DNA of 64,000 nucleotides from Eledone cirrhosa. Its lineage: Eukaryota. The notes under the pieces are model-generated. The model saw nothing but the letters and a program-made list of their open reading frames with translations. It had not been told where the DNA came from and ran no database searches. Where the stretch lies: positions 341,682,001-341,746,000 of the forward strand of contig OZ024742.1 in assembly GCA_964016885.1 (NCBI GenBank). The letters run 5' to 3'. Position numbers and translations under genes: made by a program. Positions 12,101 to 28,000 of the stretch are shown here, piece after piece; position 1 is the first letter of the stretch; the number at the start of each line of letters is the position of its first letter.

Positions 12101-15100
12101 AGAGTGTTAGCTTCATTACAATATTTAGTAAAACCATGTTTCACTCTACACGGTACACCAGTGTTCTATCGAGAGTGTTAGCTTCATTACAATATTTAGT
12201 AAAACCCTGTTTCACTCTACACGGTACACCAGTCTTCTATGGGGAGTGTTAACTTCATTACAATATTTATTAAAACCCTGTTTCACTCTACACGGTACAT
12301 CAGTGTTCTATCGAGAGTGTTAGCTTCATTACAATATTTAGTAAAACCCTGTTTCATTATACATGGTACACCAGTCTTCTATGGAGAGTGTTAACTTCAT
12401 TACAATATTTATTAAAACCCTGTTTCACTCTACACGGTACACCAGTGTTCTATCGAGAGTGTTAGCTTCATTACAATATTTATTAAAACCCTGTTTCACT
12501 CTACACGGTACACCAGTGCCCTATCGGGAGTGTTAGCTTCATTACAATATTTAGTAAAACCCTGTTTCACTCTACACGGTACATCAGTGTTCTATCGAGA
12601 GTGTTATCTTCATTACAATAATTAGTAAAACCCTGTTTCACTCTACACGGTACATCAGTGTTCTATTGAGAGTGTTAGCTTCATTACAATATTTAGTAAA
12701 ACCTTGTTTCACTCTACACGATACACCAATCTTCTATGGAGAGTGTTAACTTCATTACAATATTTATTAAAACCCTGGTTCACTCTACACGGTACATCAG
12801 TGTTCTATCGGGAGTGTTAGCTTCATTACCATATTTAGTAAAACCCTGTTTCACTCTACACGGTACATCAGTGTTCTATCGAGAGTGTTAGCTTTATAAC
12901 AATATTTAGTAAAACCCTGTTTCACTCTACACGGTACATCAGTGCTCTATCGAGTGTGTTAGCTTCATTACAATATTTATTAAAACCCTGTTTCACTCTA
13001 CACGGTACATCAGTGTTCTATCGAGAGTGTAGCTTCATTACAATATTTATTAAAACCCTGTTTCACTCTACACGGTACATCAGTGCTCTATCGAGAGTGT
13101 TAGCTTCATTACAATATTTAGTAAAACCCTGTTTCACTCTACACGGTACATCAGTGCTCTATCGAGAGTGTTAGCTTCATTACAATATTTATTAAAACCC
13201 TGTTTCACTCTACACGGTACATCAGTGCTCTATCGAGAGTGGTAGCTTTATAACAATATTCATTAAAACCCTGTTTCACTCTACACGGTAGATCAGTGTT
13301 CTATCGAGAGTGTTAGCTTCATTACAATATTTAGTAAAACCCTGTTTCACTCTACACGGTACATCAGTGTTCTATCGAGAGTGTTAGCTTCATTACAATA
13401 TTTAGTAAAACCCTGTTTCACTCTACACGGTACACCAGTCTTCTATGGGGAGTGTTAACTTCATTACAATATTTATTAAAACCCTGTTTCACTCTACACG
13501 GTACATCAGTGTTCTATCGAGAGTGTTAGCTTCATTACAATAATTAGTAAAACCCTGTTTCACTATACACGGTACACCAGTCTTCTATGGAGAGTGTTAA
13601 CTTCATTACAATATTTATTAAAACCCTGTTTTACTGTACACGGTACACCAGTGTTCTATCGAGAGTGTTAGCTTCATTACAATATTTATTAAAACCCTGT
13701 TTCACTCTACACGGTACACCAGTGTTCTATCGAGAGTGTTAGCTTCATTACAATATTTAGTAAAACCCTGTTTCACTCTACTCGGTACATTAGTGTTCTA
13801 TCGAGAGTTTTAGCTTCATTACAATATTTAGTAAAACCCTGTTTCACTCTACACGGTACATCAGTGTTCTATCGAGAGTGTTAGCTTCATTACAATATTT
13901 AGTAAAACCCTGTTTCACTCTACACGGTACATTAGTGCTCTATCGAGAGTGTTAGCTTTACAACAATATTTATTAAAACCCTGTTTCACTCTACACGGTA
14001 TACCAGTGCCCTATCGGGAGTGTTAGCTTCATTACAATATTTAGTAAAACCCTGTTTCACTCTACACGGTACATCAGTGTTCTATCGAGAGTGTTAGCTT
14101 CATTACAATATTTAGTAAAACCCTGTTTCACTCTACACGGTACATTAGTGCTCTATCGAGAGTGTTAGCTTTATAACAATATTTATTGAAACCCTGTTTT
14201 ACTCTACACGGTACATCAGTGCTCTATCGAGAGTGTTAGCTTTATAACAGTATTTATTAAAACCCTGTTTCATTCTACACGGTACATCAGTGTTCTATCG
14301 AGAGTGTTAGCTTCATTACAGTATTTAGTAAAACCCTGTTTCACTCTACACGGTACATCAGTGTTCTATCGAAAGTGTAGCTTCATTACAATATTTATTA
14401 AAACCCTGTTTCACTCTACACGGTACATCAGTGTTCTATCGAGAGTGTTAGCTTCATTACAATGTTTATTAAAACCCTGTTTCACTCTACACGGTACACC
14501 AGTCTTCTATGGAGAGTGTTAACTTCATTACAATATTTATTAAAACCCTGTTTCACTCTACACGGTACATCAGTGTTCTATCGAGAGTGTTAGCTTCATT
14601 ACAATATTTATTTAAACCCTGTTTCACTCTACACGGTACATCAGTGCCCTATCGAGAGTGTTAACTTCATTACAATTTTTGGTAAAACCCTGTTTCACTC
14701 TACACGGTACATCAGTGCTCTATCAAGTGTGTTAGCTTCATTACAATATTTATTAAAACCCTGTTTCACTCTACACGGTACATCAGTGTTCTATCGAGAG
14801 TGTTAGCTTCATTACAATATTTATTAAAACCCTGTTTCACTCTACACGGTACATCAGTGTTCTATCGAGAGTGTAGCTTCATTACAATATTTATTAAAAC
14901 CCTGTTTCACTATACACGGTACATCAGTACTCTATCGAGAGTGTTAGCTTCATTACAATATTTATTAAAACCCTGTTTCAGTCTACACGGTACATCAGTG
15001 TTCTATCGAGAGTGTTAGCTTTATAACAATATTTAGTAAAACCCTGTTTCACTCTACACGGTACATCAGTGTTCTATCGAGAGTGTAGCTTCATTACAAT

Positions 15101-15448
15101 ATTTATTATAACCCTGTTTCACTATACACGGTACATCAGTACTCTATCGAGAGTGTTAGCTTCATTACAATATTTAGTAAAACCCTGTTTCACTCTACAC
15201 GGTACATCAGTGCTCTATCGAGAGTGGTAGCTTTATAACAATATTTATTAAAACCCTGTTTCACTCTACACGGTAGATCAGTGTTCTATCGAGAGTGTTA
15301 GCTTCATTACAATATTTAGTAAAACCATGTTTCACTCTACACGGTACACCAGTGTTCTATCGAGAGTGTTAGCTTCATTATAATATTTAGTAAAACCCTG
15401 TTTCACTCTACACGGTACATCAGTGTTCTATCGAGAGTGTTAGCATCA
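3109..15448. repeat. Tandem higher-order duplication of about 6.1-6.2 kb (about 86-88 monomers, two copies, junction near 9208)
   Basis: Rare variants recur at matching offsets: ccagactt 3860/9959, taacatc 4732/10831, gaaagtgtag 8201/14371. ORF-track offsets are 6099 (3665/9764), 6170 (6786/12956, 8134/14304) and 6241 (8559/14800). Confidence 0.88.
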
Positions 15449-16899
15449 TTACAATATTTAGTAAAACCCTGTTTCACTCTACACGGTACACCAGTCTTCT
15501 ATGGGGAGTGTTAACTTCATTACAATATTTATTAAAACCCTGTTTCACTCTACACGGTACATCAGTGTTCTATCGAGAGTGTTAGCTTCATTACAATATT
15601 TAGTAAAACCCTGTTTCACTCTACACGGTACATCGAGAGTGTAGCTTCATTACAATATTTATTAAAACCCTGTTTCACTCTACACGGTACACCAATCTTC
15701 TATGGAGAGTGTTAACTTCATTACAATATTTATTAAAACCCTGGTTCACTCTACACGGTACATCAGTGTTCTATCGAGAGCGTTAGCTTCATTACAATAT
15801 TTATTAAAACCCTGTTTCACTCTACACGGTACATCAGTGTTCTATTGAGAGTGTTAGCTTCATTACAATATTTAGTAAAACCTTGTTTCACTCTACACGA
15901 TACACCAATCTTCTATGGAGAGTGTTAACTTCATTACAATATTTATTAAAACCCTGGTTCACTCTACACGGTACATCAGTGTTCTATCGAGAGTGTTAGC
16001 TTCATTACCATATTTAGTAAAACCCTGTTTCACTCTACACGGTACATCAGTGTTCTATCGAGAGTGTTAGCTTTATAACAATATTTAGTAAAACCCTGTT
16101 TCACTCTACACGGTACATCAGTGCTCTATCGAGTGTGTTAGCTTCATTACAATATTTATTAAAACCCTGTTTCACTCTACACGGTACATCAGTGTTCTAT
16201 CGAGAGTGTAGCTTCATTACAATATTTATTAAAACCCTGTTTCACTCTACACGGTACATCAGTGCTCTATCGAGAGTGTTAGCTTCATTACAATATTTAG
16301 TAAAACCCTGTTTCACTCTACACGGTACATCAGTGCTCTATCGAGAGTGTTAGCTTCATTACAATATTTATTAAAACCCTGTTTCACTCTACACGGTACA
16401 TCAGTGCTCTATCGAGAGTGGTAGCTTTATAACAATATTTATTAAAACCATGTTTCGCTCTACACGGTACACCAGTGTTCTATCGAGAGTGTTAGCTTCA
16501 TTACAATATTTAGTAAAACCCTGTTTCACTCTACACGGTACATCAGTGTTCTATCGAGAGTGTTAGCTTCATTACAATATTTAGTAAAACCCTGTTTCAC
16601 TCTACACGGTACACCAATCTTCTATGGAGAGTGTTAACTTCATTACAATATTTATTAAAACCCTGGTTCACTCTACACGGTACATCAGTGTTCTATCGAG
16701 AGTGTTAGCTTCATTACCATATTTAGTAAAACCCTGTTTCACTCTACACGGTACATCAGTGTTCTATCGAGAGTGTTAGCTTTATAACAATATTTAGTAA
16801 AACCCTGTTTCACTCTACACGGTACATCAGTGCTCTATCGAGTGTGTTAGCTTCATTACAATATTTATTAAAACCCTGTTTCACTCTACACGGTACATC

Positions 16900-19800
16900 A
16901 GTGCTCTATCGAGAGTGTTAGCTTCATTACAATATTTATTAAAACCCTGTTTCACTCTACACGGTACATCAGTGCTCTATCGAGAGTGGTAGCTTTATAA
17001 CAATATTTATTAAAACCATGTTTCGCTCTACACGGTACACCAGTGTTCTATCGAGAGTGTTAGCTTCATTACAATATTTAGTAAAACCCTGTTTCACTCT
17101 ACACGGTACATCAGTGTTCTATCGAGAGTGTTAGCTTCATTACAATATTTAGTAAAACCCTGTTTCACTCTACACGGTACACCAGTCTTCTATGGGGAGT
17201 GTTAACTTCATTACAATATTTATTAAAACCCTGTTTCACTCTACACGGTACATCAGTGTTCTATCGAGAGTGTTAGCTTCATTACAATAATTAGTAAAAC
17301 CCTGTTTCACTATACACGGTACACCAGTCTTCTATGGAGAGTGTTAACTTCATTACAATATTTATTAAAACCCTGTTTTACTGTACACGGTACACCAGTG
17401 TTCTATCGAGAGTGTTAGCTTCATTACAATATTTATTAAAACCCTGTTTCACTCTACACGGTATACCAGTGTTCTATCGAGAGTGTTAGCTTCATTACAA
17501 TAATTAGTAAAACCCTGTTTCACTATACACGGTACACCAGTCTTCTATGGAGAGTGTTAACTTCATTACAATATTTATTAAAACCCTGTTTTACTGTACA
17601 CGGTACACCAGTGTTCTATCGAGAGTGTTAGCTTCATTACAATATTTATTAAAACCCTGTTTCACTCTACACGGTACATCAGTGTTCTATCGAGAGTGTT
17701 AGCTTTATAACAATATTTAGTAAAACCCTGTTTCACTCTACACGGTACATCAGTGCTCTATCGAGTGTGTTAAATTCATTACAATATTTATTAAAACCCT
17801 GTTTCACTCTACACGGTACATCAGTGTTCTATCGAGAGTGTAGCTTCATTACAATATTTATTAAAACCCTGTTTCACTCTACACGGTACATCAGTGCTCT
17901 ATCGAGAGTGTTAGCTTCATTACAATATTTAGTAAAACCCTGTTTCACTCTACACGGTACATCAGTGCTCTATCGAGAGTGTTAGCTTCATTACAATATT
18001 TATTAAAACCCTGTTTCACTCTACACGGTACATCAGTGCTCTATCGAGAGTGGTAGCTTTATAACAATATTTATTAAAACCATGTTTCGCTCTACACGGT
18101 ACACCAGTGTTCTATCGAGAGTGTTAGCTTCATTACAATATTTAGTAAAACCCTGTTTCACTCTACACGGTACATCAGTGTTCTATCGAGAGTGTTAGCT
18201 TCATTACAATATTTAGTAAAACCCTGTTTCACTCTACACGGTACACCAGTCTTCTATGGGGAGTGTTAACTTCATTACAATATTTATTAAAAACCTGTTT
18301 CACTCTACACGGTACATCAGTGTTCTATCGAGAGTGTTAGCTTCATTACAATAATTAGTAAAACCCTGTTTCACTATACACGGTACACCAGTCTTCTATG
18401 GAGAGTGTTAACTTCATTACAATATTTATTAAAACCCTGTTTTACTGTACACGGTACACCAGTGTTCTATCGAGAGTGTTAGCTTCATTACAATATTTAG
18501 TAAAACCCTGTTTCACTCTACTCGGTACATTAGTGTTCTATCGAGAGTGTTAGCTTCATTACAATATTTAGTAAAACCCTGTTTCACTCTACACGGTACA
18601 TCAGTGTTCTATCGAGAGTGTTAGCTTCATTACAATATTTAGTAAAACCCTGTTTCACTCTACACGGTACATTAGTGCTCTATCGAGAGTGTTAGCTTTA
18701 CAACAATATTTATTAAAACCCTGTTTCACTCTACACGGTACACCAGTGCCCTATCGGGAGTGTTAGCTTCATTACAATATTTAGTAAAACCCTGTTTCAC
18801 TCTACACGGTACATCAGTGTTCTATCGAGAGTGTTAGCTTCATTACAATATTTAGTAAAACCCTGTTTCACTCTACACGGTACATCAGTGTTCTATCGAG
18901 AGTGTTAGCTTCATTACAATATTTAGTAAAATCCTGTTTCACTCTACACGGTACATCAGTGTTCTATCGAGAGTGTTAGCTTCATTACAATATTTAGTAA
19001 AACCCTGTTTCACTCTACACGGTACATTAGTGCTCTATCGAGAGTGTTAGCTTTATAACAATATTTATTAAAACCCTGTTTTACTCTACACGGTACATCA
19101 GTGCTCTATCGAGAGTGTTAGCTTTATAACAGTATTTATTAAAACCCTGTTTCATTCTACACGGTACATCAGTGTTCTATCGAGAGTGTTAGCTTCATTA
19201 CAGTATTTAGTAAAACCCTGTTTCACTCTACACGGTACATCAGTGTTCTATCGAGAGTGTAGCTTCATTACAATATTTATTAAAACCCTGTTTCACTCTA
19301 CACGGTACATCAGTGTTCTATCGAGAGTGTTAGCTTCATTACAATATTTATTAAAACCCTGTTTCACTCTACACGGTACACCAGTCTTCTATGGAGAGTG
19401 TTAACTTCATTACAATATTTATTAAAACCCAGTTTCACTCTACACGGTACATCAGTGTTCTATCGAGAGTGTTAGCTTCATTACAATATTTATTTAAACC
19501 CTGTTTCACTCTACACGGTACATCAGTGCCCTATCGAGAGTGTTAACTTCATTACAATTTTTAGTAAAACCCTGTTTCACTCTACACGGTACATCAGTGC
19601 TCTATCGAGAGCGTTAGCTTCTTTACAATATTTATTAAAACCCTGGTTCACTCTACACGGTACATCAGTGTTCTATCGAGAGTGTAGCTTCATTACAATA
19701 TTTATTAAAACCCTGTTTCACTCTACACGGTACGTCAGTGTTCTATCGAGAGTGTTAGCTTCATTACAATATTTATTAAAACCCTGTTTCACTCTACACG

Positions 19801-22800
19801 GTACACCAGTCTTCTATGGAGAGTGTTAACTTCATTACAATATTTATTAAAACCCTGGTTCACTCTACACGGTACATCAGTGTTCTATCGAGAGCGTTAG
19901 CTTCATTACAATATTTATTAAAACCCTGTTTCACTCTACACGGTACATCAGTGTTCTATTGAGAGTGTTAGCTTCATTACAATATTTAGTAAAACCTTGT
20001 TTCACTCTACACGATACACCAATCTTCTATGGAGAGTGTTAACTTCATTACAATATTTATTAAAACCCTGGTTCACTCTACACGGTACATCAGTGTTCTA
20101 TCGAGAGTGTTAGCTTCATTACCATATTTAGTAAAACCCTGTTTCACTCTACACGGTACATCAGTGTTCTATCGAGAGTGTTAGCTTTATAACAATATTT
20201 AGTAAAACCCTGTTTCACTCTACACGGTACATCAGTGCTCTATCGAGTGTGTTAGCTTCATTACAATATTTATTAAAACCCTGTTTCACTCTACACGGTA
20301 CATCAGTGTTCTATCGAGAGTGTAGCTTCATTACAATATTTATTAAAACCCTGTTTCACTCTACACGGTACATCAGTGCTCTATCGAGAGTGTTAGCTTC
20401 ATTACAATATTTAGTAAAACCCTGTTTCACTCTACACGGTACATCAGTGCTCTATCGAGAGTGTTAGCTTCATTACAATATTTATTAAAACCCTGTTTCA
20501 CTCTACACGGTACATCAGTGCTCTATCGAGAGTGGTAGCTTTATAACAATATTTATTAAAACCATGTTTCGCTCTACACGGTACACCAGTGTTCTATCGA
20601 GAGTGTTAGCTTCATTACAATATTTAGTAAAACCCTGTTTCACTCTACACGGTACATCAGTGTTCTATCGAGAGTGTTAGCTTCATTACAATATTTAGTA
20701 AAACCCTGTTTCACTCTACACGGTACACCAATCTTCTATGGAGAGTGTTAACTTCATTACAATATTTATTAAAACCCTGGTTCACTCTACACGGTACATC
20801 AGTGTTCTATCGAGAGCGTTAGCTTCATTACAATATTTATTAAAACCCTGTTTCACTCTACACGGTACATCAGTGTTCTATTGAGAGTGTTAGCTTCATT
20901 ACAATATTTAGTAAAACCTTGTTTCACTCTACACGATACACCAATCTTCTATGGAGAGTGTTAACTTCATTACAATATTTATTAAAACCCTGGTTCACTC
21001 TACACGGTACATCAGTGTTCTATCGAGAGTGTTAGCTTCATTACCATATTTAGTAAAACCCTGTTTCACTCTACACGGTACATCAGTGTTCTATCGAGAG
21101 TGTTAGCTTTATAACAATATTTAGTAAAACCCTGTTTCACTCTACACGGTACATCAGTGCTCTATCGAGTGTGTTAGCTTCATTACAATATTTATTAAAA
21201 CCCTGTTTCACTCTACACGGTACATCAGTGTTCTATCGAGAGTGTAGCTTCATTACAATATTTATTAAAACCCTGTTTCACTCTACACGGTACATCAGTG
21301 CTCTATCGAGAGTGTTAGCTTCATTACAATATTTAGTAAAACCCTGTTTCACTCTACACGGTACATCAGTGCTCTATCGAGAGTGTTAGCTTCATTACAA
21401 TATTTATTAAAACCCTGTTTCACTCTACACGGTACATCAGTGCTCTATCGAGAGTGGTAGCTTTATAACAATATTTATTAAAACCATGTTTCGCTCTACA
21501 CGGTACACCAGTGTTCTATCGAGAGTGTTAGCTTCATTACAATATTTAGTAAAACCCTGTTTCACTCTACACGGTACATCAGTGTTCTATCGAGAGTGTT
21601 AGCTTCATTACAATATTTAGTAAAACCCTGTTTCACTCTACACGGTACACCAGTCTTCTATGGGGAGTGTTAACTTCATTACAATATTTATTAAAACCCT
21701 GTTTCACTCTACACGGTACATCAGTGTTCTATCGAGAGTGTTAGCTTCATTACAATAATTAGTAAAACCCTGTTTCACTATACACGGTACACCAGTCTTC
21801 TATGGAGAGTGTTAACTTCATTACAATATTTATTAAAACCCTGTTTTACTGTACACGGTACACCAGTGTTCTATCGAGAGTGTTAGCTTCATTACAATAT
21901 TTATTAAAACCCTGTTTCACTCTACACGGTACACCAGTGTTCTATCGAGAGTGTTAGCTTCATTACAATAATTAGTAAAACCCTGTTTCACTATACACGG
22001 TACACCAGTCTTCTATGGAGAGTGTTAACTTCATTACAATATTTATTAAAACCCTGTTTTACTGTACACGGTACACCAGTGTTCTATCGAGAGTGTTAGC
22101 TTCATTACAATATTTATTAAAACCCTGTTTCACTCTACACGGTACATCAGTGTTCTATCGAGAGTGTTAGCTTTATAACAATATTTAGTAAAACCCTGTT
22201 TCACTCTACACGGTACATCAGTGCTCTATCGAGTGTGTTAAATTCATTACAATATTTATTAAAACCCTGTTTCACTCTACACGGTACATCAGTGTTCTAT
22301 CGAGAGTGTAGCTTCATTACAATATTTATTAAAACCCTGTTTCACTCTACACGGTACATCAGTGCTCTATCGAGAGTGTTAGCTTCATTACAATATTTAG
22401 TAAAACCCCGTTTCACTCTACACGGTACATCAGTGCTCTATCGAGAGTGTTAGCTTCATTACAATATTTATTAAAACCCTGTTTCACTCTACACGGTACA
22501 TCAGTGCTCTATCGAGAGTGGTAGCTTTATAACAATATTTATTAAAACCATGTTTCGCTCTACACGGTACACCAGTGTTCTATCGAGAGTGTTAGCTTCA
22601 TTACAATATTTAGTAAAACCCTGTTTCACTCTACACGGTACATCAGTGTTCTATCGAGAGTGTTAGCTTCATTACAATATTTAGTAAAACCCTGTTTCAC
22701 TCTACACGGTACACCAGTCTTCTATGGGGAGTGTTAACTTCATTACAATATTTATTAAAAACCTGTTTCACTCTACACGGTACATCAGTGTTCTATCGAG

Positions 22801-24110
22801 AGTGTTAGCTTCATTACAATAATTAGTAAAACCCTGTTTCACTATACACGGTACACCAGTCTTCTATGGAGAGTGTTAACTTCATTACAATATTTATTAA
22901 AACCCTGTTTTACTGTACACGGTACACCAGTGTTCTATCGAGAGTGTTAGCTTCATTACAATATTTAGTAAAACCCTGTTTCACTCTACTCGGTACATTA
23001 GTGTTCTATCGAGAGTGTTAGCTTCATTACAATATTTAGTAAAACCCTGTTTCACTCTACACGGTACATCAGTGTTCTATCGAGAGTGTTAGCTTCATTA
23101 CAATATTTAGTAAAACCCTGTTTCACTCTACACGGTACATTAGTGCTCTATCGAGAGTGTTAGCTTTACAACAATATTTATTAAAACCCTGTTTCACTCT
23201 ACACGGTACACCAGTGCCCTATCGGGAGTGTTAGCTTCATTACAATATTTAGTAAAACCCTGTTTCACTCTACACGGTACATCAGTGTTCTATCGAGAGT
23301 GTTAGCTTCATTACAATATTTAGTAAAACCCTGTTTCACTCTACACGGTACATCAGTGTTCTATCGAGAGTGTTAGCTTCATTACAATATTTAGTAAAAT
23401 CCTGTTTCACTCTACACGGTACATCAGTGTTCTATCGAGAGTGTTAGCTTCATTACAATATTTAGTAAAACCCTGTTTTACTCTACACGGTACATTAGTG
23501 CTCTATCGAGAGTGTTAGCTTTATAACAATATTTATTAAAACCCTGTTTTACTCTACACGGTACATCAGTGCTCTATCGAGAGTGTTAGCTTTATAACAG
23601 TATTTATTAAAACCCTGTTTCATTCTACACGGTACATCAGTGTTCTATCGAGAGTGTTAGCTTCATTACAGTATTTAGTAAAACCCTGTTTCACTCTACA
23701 CGGTACATCAGTGTTCTATCGAGAGTGTAGCTTCATTACAATATTTATTAAAACCCTGTTTCACTCTACACGGTACATCAGTGTTCTATCGAGAGTGTTA
23801 GCTTCATTACAATATTTATTAAAACCCTGTTTCACTCTACACGGTACACCAGTCTTCTATGGAGAGTGTTAACTTCATTACAATATTTATTAAAACCCTG
23901 TTTCACTCTACACGGTACATCAGTGTTCTATCGAGAGTGTTAGCTTCATTACAATATTTATTTAAACCCTGTTTCACTCTACACGGTACATCAGTGCCCT
24001 ATCGAGAGTGTTAACTTCATTACAATTTTTAGTAAAACCCTGTTTCACTCTACACGGTACATCAGTGCTCTATCGAGAGCGTTAGCTTCTTTACAATATT
24101 TATTAAAACC
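16900..24110. repeat. About 2.7-kb block repeated at 4468-bp offset, with a 922-bp (13-monomer) tandem duplication between or overlapping the copies
   Basis: Private variant gtgttaaattc near 17767 and 22235. ORF pairs 17767/22235 and 19186/23654 are both offset by 4468. The pair 20249/21171 is offset by 922 (13x71-1). Confidence 0.8.
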
Positions 24111-25084
24111 CTGTTTCACTCTACACGGTACATCAGTGTTCTATCGAGAGTGTTAGCTTCATTACAATATTTATTAAAACCCTGTTTCACTCTACACGGT
24201 ACATCAGTGCTCTATCGAGAGTGTTAGCTTCATTACAATATTTAGTAAAACCCTGTTTCACTCTACACGGTACATCAGTGCTCTATCGAGAGTGTTAGCT
24301 TCATTACAATATTTATTATAACACTGTTTCACTCTACACGGTACATCAGTGCTCTATCGAGAGTGGTAGCTTTATAACAATATTTATTAAAAACCTGTTT
24401 CACTCTACACGGTAGATCAGTGTTCTATCGAGAGTGTTAGCTTCATTACAATATTTAGTAAAACCATGTTTCACTCTACACGGTACACCAGTGTTCTATC
24501 GAGAGTGTTAGCTTCATTACAATATTTAGTAAAACCCTGTTTCACTCTACACGGTACACCAGTCTTCTATGGGGAGTGTTAACTTCATTACAATATTTAT
24601 TAAAACCCTGTTTTACTCTACACGGTACATCAGTGTTCTATCGAGAGTGTTAGCTTCATTACAATATTTAGTAAAACCCTGTTTCATTATACATGGTACA
24701 CCAGTCTTCTATGGAGAGTGTTAACTTCATTACAATATTTATTAAAACCCTGTTTCACTCTACACGGTACACCAGTGTTCTATCGAGAGTGTTAGCTTCA
24801 TTACAATATTTATTAAAACCCTGTTTCACTCTACACGGTACACCAGTGCCCTATCGGGAGTGTTAGCTTCATTACAATATTTAGTAAAACCCTGTTTCAC
24901 TCTACACGGTACATCAGTGTTCTATCGAGAGTGTTATCTTCATTACAATATTTAGTAAAACCCTGTTTCACTCTACACGGTACATCAGTGTTCTATAGAG
25001 AGTGTTAGCTTCATTACAATATTTAGTAAAATCCTGTTTCACTCTACACGGTACATCAGTGTTCTATCGAGAGTGTTAGCTTCA

Positions 25085-28000
25085 TTACAATATTTAGTAA
25101 AACTCTGTTTCACTCTACACGGTACATTAGTGCTCTATCGAGAGTGTTAGCTTTATAACAATATTTATTAAAACCCTGTTTCACTCTACACGGTACATCA
25201 GTGCTCTATCGAGAGTGTTAGCTTTATAACAATATTTATTAAAACCCTGTTTCATTCTACACGGTATATCAGTGTTCTATCGAGAGTGTTAGCTTCATTA
25301 CAGTATTTAGTAAAACCCTGTTTCACTCTACACGGTACATCAGTGTTCTATCGAGAGTGTAGCTTCATTACAATATTTATTAAAACCCTGTTTCACTCTA
25401 CACGGTACATCAGTGTTCTATCGAGAGTGTTAGCTTCATTACAATATTTATTAAAACCCTGTTTCACTCTACACGGTACATCAGTGCTCTATCGAGAGTG
25501 TTAGCTTCATTACAATATTTATTAAAACCCTGTTTCACTCTACACGGTACACCAGTCTTCTATGGAGAGTGTTAACTTCATTACAATATTTATTAAAACC
25601 CTGTTTCACTCTACACGGTACATCAGTGTTCTATCGAGAGTGTTAGCTTCATTACAATATTTATTTAAACCCTGTTTCACTCTACACGGTACATCAGTGC
25701 CCTATCGAGAGTGTTAACTTCATTACAATTTTTAGTAAAACCCTGTTTCACTCTACACGGTACATCAGTGCTCTATCGAGAGCGTTAGCTTCTTTACAAT
25801 ATTTATTAAAACCCTGTTTCACTCTACACGGTACATCAGTGTTCTATCGAGAGTTTTAGCTTCATTACAATATTTAGTAAAACCCTGTTTCACTCTACAC
25901 GGTACATCAGTGTTCTATCGAGAGTGTAGCTTCATTACAATATTCATTAAAACCCTGTTTCACTCTACAAGGTACATCAGTGCTCTATCGTGAGTTTTAG
26001 CTTCATTACAATATTTAGTAAAACCCTGTTTCACTCTACACGGTACATCAGTGCTCTATCGAGGGTGTTAGCTTCATTACAATATTTATTAAAACCCTGT
26101 TTCACTCTACACGGTACACCAGTGTTCTATCAAGAGTGTTAGCTTCATTACAATATTTAGTAAAACCCTGTTTCACTCTACACGGTACATCAGTGTTCTA
26201 TCGAGAGTGTTAGCTTCATTACAATATTTAGTAAAACCCTGTTTCACTATACACGTTACACCAGTCTTATATGGAGAGTGTTAACTTCATTACAATATTT
26301 ATTAAAACCCTGTTTCACTCTACACGGTATATCAGTGTTCTATCGAGAGTGTTAGCTTCATTACAATATTTAGTAAAACCCTGTTTCACTCTACACGGTA
26401 CACCAGTCTTCTATGGAGAGTGTTAACTTCATTACAATATTTATTAAAAGCCTGTTTCACTCTACACGGTACATCAGTGTTCTATCGAGAGTGTTAGCTT
26501 CATTACAATATTTAGTAAAACCCTGTTTCACTGTACACGGTACATCAGTGTTCTATCGAGAGTGTTAGCTTCATTACATTATTTATTAAAACCCTGTTTC
26601 ACTCTACACGGTACATCAGTGCTCTATCGAGAGTGTTAGCTTCATTACAATATTTAGTAAAACCCTATTTCACTCTACACGGTACATCAGTGCTCTATCG
26701 AGAGTGTTAGCTTCATTACAATATTTATTAAAACCCTGTTTCACTCTACACGGTACATCAGTGTTCTATCGAGAGTGTTAGCTTCATTACAATATTTATT
26801 TAAACCCTGTTTCACTCTACACGGTACATCAGTGCCCTATCGAGAGTGTTAACTTCATTACAATTTTTAGTAAAACCCTGTTTCACTCTACACGGTACAT
26901 CAGTGCTCTATCGAGAGCGTTAGCTTCTTTACAATATTTATTAAAACCCTGTTTCACTCTACACGGTACATCAGTGTTCTATCGAGAGTTTTAGCTTCAT
27001 TACAATATTTAGTAAAACCCTGTTTCACTCTACACGGTACATCAGTGTTCTATCGAGAGTGTAGCTTCATTACAATATTCATTAAAACCCTGTTTCACTC
27101 TACACGGTACATCAGTGCTCTATCGTGAGTTTTAGCTTCATTACAATATTTAGTAAAACCCTGTTTCACTCTACACGGTACATCAGTGCTCTATCGAGAG
27201 TGGTAGCTTTATAACAATATTTATTAAAAACCTGTTTCACTCTACACGGTAGATCAGTGTTCTATCGAGAGTGTTAGCTTCATTACAATATTTAGTAAAA
27301 CCATGTTTCACTCTACACGGTACACCAGTGTTCTATCGAGAGTGTTAGCTTCATTACAATATTTAGTAAAATCTTGTTTCACTCTACACGGTACACCGGT
27401 CTTCTATGGGGAGTGTTAACTTCATTACAATATTTATTAAAACCCTGTTTCACTCTACACGGTACATCAGTGTTCTATCGAGAGTGTTAGCTTCATTACA
27501 ATATTTAGTAAAACCCTGTTTCACTATACATGGTACACCAGTCTTCTATGGAGAGTGTTAACTTCATTACAATATTTATTAAAACCCTGTTTCACTCTAC
27601 ACGGTACACCAGTGTTCTATCGAGAGTGTTAGCTTCATTACAATATTTATTTAAACCCTGTTTCACTCTACACGGTACATCAGTGCCCTATCGAGAGTGT
27701 TAACTTCATTACAATATTTAGTAAAACCTTGTTTCACTCTACACGATACACCAATCTTCTATGGAGAGTGTTAACTTCATTACAATATTTATTTAAACCC
27801 TGTTTCACTCTACACGGTACATCAGTGCCCTATCGAGAGTGTTAACTTCATTACAATATTTAGTAAAACCCTGTTTCACTCTACACGGTACATCGAGAGT
27901 GTAGCTTCATTACAATATTTATTAAAACCCTGTTTCACTCTACACGGTACACCAATCTTCTATGGAGAGTGTTAACTTCATTACAATATTTATTAAAACC

